DNA of 64,000 nucleotides from assembly GCA_964035575.1 (NCBI GenBank), contig OZ037835.1, positions 310,001-374,000 on the forward strand, read 5' to 3'. The stretch comes from Rhynchopus sp. YZ270_cl-10 (Eukaryota). Under the pieces are notes generated by a model. It saw nothing but the letters and a program-made list of their open reading frames with translations, made no database searches and was not told the origin of the DNA. The first letter of the stretch is position 1; every line of letters begins with the position of its first letter. Positions 11,584-21,400 of the stretch are shown here, piece after piece. A program made the position numbers and the translations under genes.

Positions 11584-13929
11584 TGGGGGCCCGTTTTCGA
11601 TGCATGCACCCCTATCCGAGATAGGTGATACAATACATCGTGGAGATGATGTTACATAAGTCCATCACCGCCCCTGCTGTGCCCATCCTTCTGCTTCGTC
11701 TGCTTCTTCCTGAAGAAGCCTCCCAGCGTCGTCTGTCGCCCCCTTCGAGGTGTCGTGGTGGCGGCGGCAGCAGTGATCCAGCGTACTCTTCTCTTGCACA
11801 CAGTTCCCGCACCTCGAGAGTCTATGCTTAGTGCACGCTTCGTGTCGGATCGGTAACCCGTCGTCGTTGGAGTGGTGCGCAAAGCAGCAATGCATCAGGT
11901 CTGCCTGGGCGTTCTTCGAGCAGGCATCACACTTCGTCTTCCGGTGCAGCACACATATCGCAAACTGGAAGATCGGAACCGCTCCTTCAGGTGCCTTCAC
12001 GGGTGCGTCCCCTGGACGCACGTGCTCATGGTGCCGGTAGCGAGCATGCGCAGATGTCTCCTGTTCAGCCCGCTGGATGAATGGTAGTGCCCTCCTGCCC
12101 CTAACTTCTGTGGAGGGGTACGCCGTCTCAGCAGAATACTCCCCCATCCATGTACCTCTCGCTCTATCGCCACCACGGAGCTCCACCTCAGACATGCCTT
12201 CGGAGCTGCGTTGCAGCCGGTACGCCACACCAGCATCGTATAGCGCACGCAATGCCTTCAACGTTTCTTCTCCGCCGGCAAAGATAGGACGGCGGTCGAT
12301 GCCTGTGATGGCGTTCGCCCCAAACGAAGCGAGAACATGCGTTATCTTCACCTTCCCCGGATGGAGAGAGCTCTCCGAAAAGGTTCTGAGTGAAGCCAAC
12401 ATATGCCCAAAGGTGGTCGTCTTCGCCATTTCTCTGTGGGCCAGCGCTACTGGCACCACGTCGTCATCATTGTCGTCTTCCCCACTCCCGTCGTCTTCCT
12501 CCCCATTGTTGTCTTCTTCCCCAGTCCCATCCCTCGGCTGCTTCAGCTTCGGCGCTATTCTGCCGGTCTTGTCCCCAGGTCGGATGTCCATCCCTGTGGC
12601 AACCTCGAAGTCGATGAGCAGCTCCATGTGGGAGACTTCACGTCCAGCTTCGTCGCTCCATTGTAAACCACCCAGCCAGGAGGCAAACGCCAGCAGCAGC
12701 GCACGTCCATACGGCCACCTCCTTTTCAGGGGGGTGTAGTCCACCAAACTGTTCGCGTGTTGCGTCGTCGTGCCCAACTCCGGCGCCCACGTCCACGGGT
12801 ATCGGTCTTCTTGCAGTCGCGGGTTCGCCGCTTCCGGTCTGCTCCACTTGGAGCGTGCGATGAGGATGCGCACCATCATCTTCTGCAGGTCTGCAACACG
12901 GGCGCATTCCAAAGGTGTGTCCGGTGTGCACATGCCGCAGATAGCGAGACAGTTTGGCCAGGTCGTTCTGTCAATGTCCAACAGCAAGGGGTACTCCGCA
13001 CGAATGCTACTCCATGCTTCACATTCCCACCACAAGTGTTTGTGATTTTCGTCCACCCCCGCTTCGCAGTGCACGCAGATGGCCGAGTCCCGTATGCGCG
13101 CTCTCGCAAGTCGCACCCCCGTTATCGCACCGTCAGCTACAATGTGTCGCAGCGTCCCCGCCTCGTAATCCGTCAAAGTTTTGCTTCGGGTGAGAGCAAG
13201 GGTTTTCTCCTTATCCACCCCCGCTTCAATACCCTTCAGGTTAGCTCTGCCTTTGCCATTGACCTTCGCAGTCGTCTTCGTACGGGAGAGTCGAATGAAG
13301 AACATCCGTTCTCGCACAACGTGGCCCAGTCTACCCAAGCTTACCGTCTTCACATCAACGATGCTCCCATCGTGCGTTTTCACTTTTGTCGTGTCTATCC
13401 ATGACCACGCAAGGCGGCTGAGGGCTCGCGCAATCAACCCGATGGGTCCTCCAGTCTTCGCCTGCTTCGCTTTCGCACGTGACCTGCACTTTTCGACCAG
13501 CAAACAGATCTCATCCGATTTGCGTATCATCGCCGCCCACGTCATGATCCTTCTGTAGTCGAATGCCACCGAGGGGTCGAGCAGATGGCCTTTCTCGAAG
13601 ACATTCAGCATGACCGGTACGCTTCTTCGGTTCATCTTGTTCACGCCGTGGACCCCTTTCTCCACTGCAGTTGCAAGACTGTTCACGTATTTCCCAGGTG
13701 GGTCCTGCACCGTGATACCGTACACAGATTTCGACATCACTGCAGCCTGCATGATGCCTGCTTTCTCACCTTGAGTCAGCGGGAGGCATCCCACCTTACC
13801 TGCTAGCGGTCCGCATGCGTCGATGGTGTCTTCCAGCTTCGTCGGGAGCGTGGGCGTCCCAGCCTGTCGGGCCTGCACCGTCGCCCCCAGGCACTCCGAC
13901 TTCTCGACGCGAGTAAGATCCGCGCCGTT
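11584..13929 (-). mobile_element. 5'-truncated non-LTR (LINE-type) retrotransposon with 18-bp TSD
   Basis: TTCTTAGTTTTCGTCAGG duplicated at 11566-11583 and 13930-13947; the corresponding site is single-copy in paralogs. Encodes late-RT and CCHC motifs. Confidence 0.9.
11665..13929 (-). CDS. C-terminal part of a non-LTR retrotransposon ORF (late RT/thumb, zf-RVT-like CCHC, Cys/His-rich tail); lacks the RT catalytic core
   Basis: Frame open from the insertion boundary (NGADLTRVEKSECLGATV, like the LINE V...YLG motif), KSVYG, CVHCEAGVDENHKHLWWECEAW, and two Cx2Hx4Cx2C...HCCxxHH motifs. Confidence 0.75.
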   Translation of the reverse strand, partial: NGADLTRVEKSECLGATVQARQAGTPTLPTKLEDTIDACGPLAGKVGCLPLTQGEKAGIMQAAVMSKSVYGITVQDPPGKYVNSLATAVEKGVHGVNKMNRRSVPVMLNVFEKGHLLDPSVAFDYRRIMTWAAMIRKSDEICLLVEKCRSRAKAKQAKTGGPIGLIARALSRLAWSWIDTTKVKTHDGSIVDVKTVSLGRLGHVVRERMFFIRLSRTKTTAKVNGKGRANLKGIEAGVDKEKTLALTRSKTLTDYEAGTLRHIVADGAITGVRLARARIRDSAICVHCEAGVDENHKHLWWECEAWSSIRAEYPLLLDIDRTTWPNCLAICGMCTPDTPLECARVADLQKMMVRILIARSKWSRPEAANPRLQEDRYPWTWAPELGTTTQHANSLVDYTPLKRRWPYGRALLLAFASWLGGLQWSDEAGREVSHMELLIDFEVATGMDIRPGDKTGRIAPKLKQPRDGTGEEDNNGEEDDGSGEDDNDDDVVPVALAHREMAKTTTFGHMLASLRTFSESSLHPGKVKITHVLASFGANAITGIDRRPIFAGGEETLKALRALYDAGVAYRLQRSSEGMSEVELRGGDRARGTWMGEYSAETAYPSTEVRGRRALPFIQRAEQETSAHARYRHHEHVRPGDAPVKAPEGAVPIFQFAICVLHRKTKCDACSKNAQADLMHCCFAHHSNDDGLPIRHEACTKHRLSRCGNCVQEKSTLDHCCRRHHDTSKGATDDAGRLLQEEADEAEGWAQQGR

Positions 13930-14972
13930 TTCTTAGTTTTCGTCAGGATGATTGTGTCTCCAGCACTCAGCTGCGTGATGTCGTCTCCTTCGTCCTCCCT
14001 CCGAAGCCCATGTGGAAGCTGTCCTCAGCCAACCCCACTGCAGACGCCACCTTCTGCCGCATCGTCTCCGTTGTGTCATCCACACCCACCTCGATCACAT
14101 GCGAGTTGTCTGCACAGTCCTTGATAACTACTTCCATTTTGTCTTCTATTATTTGTGTTGCTCTGTTGTGTGGTGGGGTTGTGGGAGTTGGGGATGTGGT
14201 GGGTGAACATGGTCAAAGAAAAACAACAACAGGGCTTTTGTTTTGGGCATTTTTATTTTTTTATGCTTTATTGTTACCTTGTTGTTTACAAAGCACCATG
14301 ATTTCCTTTGCATTCGCACACAAAGCTCTGCACATTTCTCTCCCATGCACCACATTTTAGAAATGGGTCAATGCCACGTTGCAGTCACTCAGATCCTATC
14401 CCTGTTGAAAACCACATTGTTATGTTCTTCCTTTTTGCTCCCAACACTTTTTATTCATTTGCTTTTTTGTTGTTTGGCAGACATGCCCAAAGCAGCACGG
14501 AACCACCTGTGTGCTGACCCTTTTTCACCCGCAAAACCCGCCAGAAAATCGTGTTGGGGTGGTTTTGGACACTTCTCTGCACTGTTGCGACCTGAAAGCG
14601 GAAAAACGTTCTTGGGGGTTTGCCATCGACTCAAATGCTAATATACCAAACCCCACTCCCTTTGGAAGATTCTACAAAAGTGTTGGAGCATTTTATAAAA
14701 TAAATACTCGACATTTGCCGCACTCCACCCCACGCCTCTCTACCCCATCACACGAGTACTGGAGAAAGACGAGCTGTGCAGTATCTTGACCGAACGCACG
14801 TGCACTCCGAGATCGTTTTACACGGTGTTTGGTTCGCTGGTATGGCACAGTTACACAACGAGAAAGCATCTCTTGTTTTCTGAGTGCCTCACTGACTCTC
14901 ATTCATACACTGACAAGCAGCCGTCACAGCGGAGCTGCTCTACGTTCCTTGCCCAGCTTCTCCTGTCGCTCT

Positions 14973-16351
14973 TTACGAAACACTGCAGCAATGCACAGCT
15001 TCTTTCGTCTTGCCTCTGCCACGTGTCGGAGGTGCGTCAACCACATACTTCTTCAGCTCGCCTTCACGTACTCGACTGGACACAGCACTGCTGCAGCCAG
15101 CAAGGTGTATGTTCCTCAACGAAGTGTAACCTTCCGCAGGAAGCTCACCAAAGTGCGTTATTCTGCTGAGTGGTGATAGGTCGAGTTCTGTGAGGCTGCT
15201 GCAGAATGCAAGAAACCGGTCATCAATATGAGTAACATTGCTGAGTGGTGATAAGTCTGCTGTGGTGAGGCTCGTGCAGCCGGCAAGAAAGCGGTGATTA
15301 ATGTGAGTAGCATTGCGAAATGGTGATAAGTCTATTACTGTGAGGCTGCTGCAGTTGAAAAGAAATCTGGTACCAATGTGAGTAACATTGCTGAGTGGTG
15401 ATAAGTCCACTACTTTGAGGCTGATGCAGCCGGCAAGAAAGCTTGTATTAATGTGAGTAACATTGCGAAATGGTGATAAGTCTAGTTCTGTGAGGCTGCT
15501 GCAGTGGGCAAGAAAGCTTGTACCAATTTGAGAAACATTGCGAAGTGGTGATAACCCTGCTGTTGTGAGCCTGGTGCAGTCGGCAAGAAACCGGTGACTA
15601 ATGTGAGTAACATTGCTGAGTGGTGATAAGTCCACTGCTGTGAGGCTGCTGCAGCCGGCAAGAAAGCTTGTATTAATGTGAGTAACATTGCGAAATGGAG
15701 ATAAGTCTAGTTCTGTGAGGCTGCTGCAGTTGGAGAGAAAGCTTAGAGCCATGTGTCCACTGCTGTGAGGCTCATGCAGTTGTGAAGAAAGCTTCCATCA
15801 ATGTGAGTAACATTGCTGAGTGGTGATAAGCCCACTGCTGTGAGGCTGACGCAGTTGTATAGAAAGTGGGTACCAATCCGCGTGAGACGTGTCAACCCAG
15901 ACAAGTCGACGCTCGTCAACGTTGCGCAATTCTGAAGAAACTGATCACCAACCTCCATCACACAGGACACAGCACTCAGATCAAGTCTCGTTAACGACGT
16001 GTGTGCCAAGAATCCTTTCGGAATGACAGTCGCAACCTCCGCCTGCAGAAGCAAACACGCCACCTCAGGATCCTCCACAGTCGCCAGCCTCTCCGCTGTG
16101 ATGTCCTCACCCAACGCATGAAGTGCTGCTCTGGCCACGAACTTCTTACTTTTCGTCAGGATGATTGTGTCTCCAGCACTCAGCTGCGTGATGTCGTCTC
16201 CTTCGTCCTTCCCTCCGAAGCCCATGTGGAAACTGTCCTCAGCCAACCCCACTGCAGACGCCACCTTCTGCCGCATCGTCTCCGTTGTGTCATCCACACC
16301 CACCTCGATCACATGCGAGTTGTCTGCACAGTCCTTGATAACTACTTCCAT
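14973..16351 (-). pseudogene. UBL-LRR-CaaX gene with frameshift in the fourth LRR
   Basis: ORFs 15743-16351 and 14973-15752 are the two halves; near 15745-15755 the LSPLSNVTHIGT-coding part is replaced by about 10 unrelated bases. About 12 LRRs, ends CCSVS*. Confidence 0.8.
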
Positions 16352-17060
16352 TTTGTCTTCTATTCTTTGTGTTGCTCTGTTGTGTGGTGGGGTTGTGGGA
16401 GTTGGGGCTGTGGTGGGTGAACATGGTCAAAGAAAAACAACACCTCACCAAAGCCGCTTCCTTTGTAGGTAGCCGTGCACATTGAGGAGCACTCATGCGC
16501 ACGTTTTGCGGGGAAAACATGTCGTTGCGCACTCACTGAGGACTGTTGGTGACATGGCTTGACACGTCCAGCTTGTCCAAGTCTTTGAAAAGTGACTTCG
16601 ATAACGTGTCTACCTTTTACCTGGCGGAATCAGGTCAGAAGTTGTGAAATGGGAAAATGGGGAGAAGGTCTGCATGTTATGACAAAGAAAGTAAATTATC
16701 AGGTGCAACAACAACAACGATGTGCAATAATGAATAAGTGGCATATACCTAAACACAGTTGTGATCTCACAAACCACCCATAACTGCTTTCAGCTCACAT
16801 ACAATACTTAGCGCAGGAAGGGGTTGGCTGAGACAGCAGCGCACCCTGAGTACAGCCTGCTTCACAAAAAGAGGAGAGAAAAAAGGGTTGTTCAGAAGAC
16901 CAACCCTTACGGAAAACCTGACATAGGAAAGACCTGGAGGTGTAAAACCCGCCACGTCAGTCGCAACAGGGTTGACAGTCAACACATGTACATCTGCATC
17001 GCACAAACTCGCGCTTCGTGTCAAGAATAAAGTAACAGATTATTATAAAGCCAACGAACC

Positions 17061-17231
17061 TCAGTACATACACACAGTGCAAGGAGCATAAGCCTGCTCC
17101 TTCACATGCCCCACAAGCTTTTCATATTGCTGCCGTTGCTCTGCACCTATGCTGTCAAGTACGAAAGCAGCCTGGCCAAACTCCTGTGCGATGATGTGTG
17201 CAAAACCCTCGTTCCACAGTGCTGTGCTAAG
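17061..17231 (-). pseudogene. Duplicated 3' end of the cyclase-like receptor gene at 26931-29525
   Basis: Near-identical to 26931-27114 (ALWNExFAHIIAQEFGQAAFVLDS...VCMY*); no 5' part. Confidence 0.85.
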
Positions 17232-17849
17232 ACTGGTGGTACACAAAGGTCTGTCTTATTGTGGAGAAAGAGAAGAAGTGGGAATAAAAATCAGGTGAAA
17301 ATAATGGCACAGATAAGTAAACAGCAGGTGTTGGAAAACAGAAGCGCCTGCAAAGGGAAACGAACATCCTCGAAAGCTGCGTGGAAAAGAAAACAACAGA
17401 AAAGTTTGCAAGATGAACCGAAGCCTCTCGTGCTTAGTCACCAAGAAACCAAAATGCTCGAGAGACTCGTTGCTCTTTGCTTGTTGTTCGGCTGAAAACG
17501 GGGAGAGGAAAAATTGAGGTTGCTTGTTGTTCGCTTCCACCTTTTTTTATGTTGTTTTCTCTCGACTTGATAACGGTAAATACGCAGATTTACGGTTTGA
17601 ATGTGTTTTTCCTGAAGTACAGAAAATGTTGTGGAGCACAAAGGGGAAAGAGAGGGGGAAAACAAGTGGGGAAGTGGATACGCAGAACGCGCAACTTTTC
17701 ACGAGGGTCTCGAGCATTTTGTCAAATACTACGTGTTTACTATAAACCAAAACCAAAAATCAAAACCATTCGAGAAAAATCCGCATATTTGAACAAAGAA
17801 TTTGAATAAAACAGAGGCAGAACCATCCGTGACAGGATGAGCGCACCCC

Positions 17850-18125
17850 TCATGCCTTGGCGGTCACAGAGGAGACGACCTTCATATCGGAGTTGAAGGT
17901 GATGGTCTGGATGAGGTTGATGGAGAACGCTGGAGTCTCGACCAGGTGTCCTGCGTCTGACAGAGATGTAGTAAAAGGGGAGGTAAGAAACAAAATCGGG
18001 ATGGGTATTGTTAAGGTGAGTGAAACTGAAAAGTTGCTCACACTGGTGTAATGGAGAGAGGAGGGTGTGCGTCGTGCAGTTAGAAGTTGGCGGTCACTGC
18101 GTGCGTCTCCGTGTCTTGCGGGGAT
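17850..18125 (-). pseudogene. Possible orphan gene fragment with a canonical GT-AG intron (17957-18041)
   Basis: Minus strand CCAGT|GTGAGC...pyrimidine tract...CTGTCAG|ACGCAGG; spliced frame reads LHQYAGHLVETPAFSINLIQTITFNSDMKVVSSVTAKA*. No start found. Confidence 0.3.
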
Positions 18126-18424
18126 TCCTCAGGTGTTAAACACAAATGTTAATGTACACACTCTGTTGATTCTAAAAACGGGGGAGGGGAAAATCGCGAA
18201 TAGAAAAATGGGGGAGATCCATATCCGTAGATATTGAAAAGTTAAAATTATTACGCGTCCACTCGACGTTTGGGTAAAGAAAACTAGAGATGAAAAAGGG
18301 TTTTGGGGGGAAGAGTTTAATTCTTGAACACATCCCCACACTCAGTCACACAGGTTTTTGTTGAGACAAAAAGGCGTCGGTTCTGTGGAATCACTGAACC
18401 AGTGTTGCACACGAGGCAGTGTCA

Positions 18425-21400
18425 TCACCATTCGTCACTCTGACTGCATTCGTCGGCCTCCTTGACAGCACAAAGAATCCGTCTCGCAAGTTCAGGTTCC
18501 ACAGCATCAGCATTGCGACAGCCTAATGCACGAGGAACTGTTGGAGGGACACCGATCACTCTTTTCAGCCGCAACCCATCAACCGTCCCGTCTTCCCCAG
18601 TGCAGATGCTCCACACACGCACAGTGATGTCCCCGCAAGCACAGATCACTTCGCATCCATCAGGGCTCACAGCAAGACTGCGCAATTCACAATGTGCCCT
18701 GATGACTGCCACCTTCTCACCAGTGGTCATGCTCCACACACTCACGCCATCTGCATTCGACACCACGTGAGCTCCATCAGGTGTCAGTGCCACTTCGAAC
18801 ACGGACTCATCATGCTCCAAGGTGAAGACCTCCTTCCCGCTGGCAACATCCCACACACGCACAGTCCTGTCAGAAGAGCATGAAACAAGACGAGACCCAT
18901 CGCGACTCACATCCACGCAGTAGACATCGTCAGTATGTCCCTCGAACACCATCGTCTCTTCTCCAGTATGAAGTGTCCACATGTGCACGGAGACGTCAGA
19001 ATAGTAAGAAACCACACGCACTCCATCAGGAGCCACTACCACTCCTCTGGGACTGCGAGTGGTTTCCGCAAATTCTGACACCTTCTTCCCAGTCGGCATG
19101 CTCCACACATACGTACAGTAAGTGTCTTCATCCTCAGCAGACTGTGAGCAGGTCACCACGTGAGATGCATCGGGAGACACTGCAAAGCAGAGCAGTGGTC
19201 CACACTGTTTCAAGAACACCGCAAACTCACTAGAATCTGTGCACAAAGGCCGCACTTTCCCCGTCGCAACGTCCCACACACACGCTCTCCTTTCGCCAGC
19301 GTCGTCGCAAGAGCAATCAACGACATGAGAGCCATCTGGGTACACAGCAGCAGCATCGCCATATTTATGTATCCCTGCTTCAACTACCTGTGTCTGCCTG
19401 CCGGTGGATGCGTTCCAGATGGAGCTCCTCTTGCCACCGTACGAAATGATAGATCCATCAGGGGCCACTGCCACAGTCTTGCCTGAGAGTCCTTCGAAAC
19501 CTGGTGTCTCCTTCCCGGTCGTGATGTTCCACACTCGAACAGTGCCGTCGTAGCGGGCGCATGAAACCACGCGGCATCCATCTGGTGTTACTGCCACTGC
19601 CGCTACAAACGAAGTATGTCCTTGCAACACCGTCACCTCCTTCCCAGTAGAAATGCTCCAAACGTGCACATTGCCGCTCTGGGAGCCAGCAACCACGTGA
19701 CATCCATCGGGAGTGACTGCCACTGATCTCAACTCAGCGCCAGCGTGGAACACCATCACCTCTGCCCCAGTCGAGAGGTTCCAAAGATGTGCACCATCAG
19801 AGCATGTAACAACGTGGCATCCATCGGGGGTGACTGCCAGCTGATGCGAAAACTCCACACAGCAAGGCCACTGCATCTCCTGCTTCCCCGTCACCAGATC
19901 CCATACGCACAGCACCTCCTCAGAGCATGTCACTATTTGACTTCCATCCTTCGTAATAACCATGCTGCGAATGCCAGGCCACTTTATTGCCAGCACTTCC
20001 ATCCCCGTCGAGAGATCCCACACACGGATGCCGTCTTCATCAGAAGTTGAAACAACTTTAGAACTGTCGGGAGTGACTGCCATTTCGTTCACCTCAGCTT
20101 CGTGGCCTTCCAAGACGAACACTGCCTCCCCAGTGTGCATATCCCACACACGCACAGCTTTGTCAGCAGAGCACGAAACTACGCGGATTCCGTCAGGTGT
20201 TACTGCTACTCTAGAGATTTGCCCCACGTTGCCTTTCCAGACCATCACTTCTTCCCCAGAAGACATACTCCACACATGTACTCTGCCGTCGTGGCCTGCT
20301 GTTAGCATTTGACTGCCATCAGGTGTCACTACCACATCATTGGCACCATGCTCCAGGACAGGAAGTGGTGTGCCAAGGGAGCAGTCAGGCAGCATCGTGC
20401 CACCCATGTCGCAGGTGTGGAACTCAGTGTGCTCCAGCCAGCAGTTCGAGAAGGAAGCGCCCGTCAGCGCCGTCTCCACAAACAGAGACCCACGCAGGTC
20501 GCAGTTAGACACACGGATCCCGCTCAGGTCCTCCCCACTCACAGGGATGCGTGCACGTGCCAGCAGTGCTGCTGCATTCGACCCTGCCGTCACAGCAGCC
20601 TCGCCACCATCACCTGCACTGCCGCGTGTCGCCTTCACAGCCGCAAGCAGCTCTGTGCAGGCACGTTCGTACAGCACACTGTCTCCACACACCAGTGCCG
20701 CAAAGAACCCAAGCACACGCTGCGAGTCCTTGCTGAAGCTCCGCTGCACCAGCGTCCCCAGTGTCCCTGCTGGATCACGTGCAAGCCGCCGTGCTGCAAG
20801 GTGCTCCCCAAGCGACTTGTGCCGGAACGTGAACGCACTCCGCTCCTCCCCAAAGTCCTCAATCCGGAACGGCAGGCAGCGGAAGCACGCATCCCGCACA
20901 GCCTCACACACACCGTGCTGCGAATCAAGAATCTGCGACGCCACACCCACAGTCCCCTGCCACTCGTTTGTCTCCAGCATCCTGCATGCAACAAGCTCCC
21001 CTGCACGCACCACATCGTCCAAAGACACATCCGAAACAGCAACAGCAACTCCACCAGACGCCATCTCCTTCTTCGTCCACGTCTCCAGGTAGGCCTCGTA
21101 GATCACCTCCTCAGAAGCCTTCCCGCTGCACTGTGCGTGGCACGCCATGTGCAGCACAAAAGGGTTCCGCAACTGCACAAGTCCCTCAACATCCTCCTCA
21201 CGCACGAAGACTGTGCGCTCTCCATCCTTCTTCTTCTCCTTCTCCTCTTTGTGTTCCTTCTCCTTCTCCCAGGCTGTGTTTGCACGCTCGATGTACGTTC
21301 TCGCATCCACCTCTGTGAACGGCTGCATGTACACAGCACGCACACCAGCACCACACACACCAGACGGAGACGTGTCCACACCCTTCAGATACTCACCACG

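Larger units (their letters stand above)
9885..14137 (-). pseudogene. UBL-LRR-CaaX gene with tandem double LRR block, interrupted by a retrotransposon
   Basis: ATG at 14137 and UBL region match paralogs but carry a 1-bp deletion near 13996; insertion at 11584-13929; 3' part 9885-11583 has 11 LRRs + cap fused to a second N-cap + 5 LRRs, ends CCSVS*. Confidence 0.85.

Noticed and set aside
9885..11633. 582-aa ORF as an intact gene rescued by the retrotransposon 3' end
   Set aside because: The start is a TTG inside the element 3' UTR; no in-frame ATG before the LRRs.
11584..13929. Insertion as a non-canonical intron bounded by direct repeats
   Set aside because: It encodes retrotransposon protein with a typical TSD, and the host 5' part has a separate frameshift; only RNA data could revive the idea.
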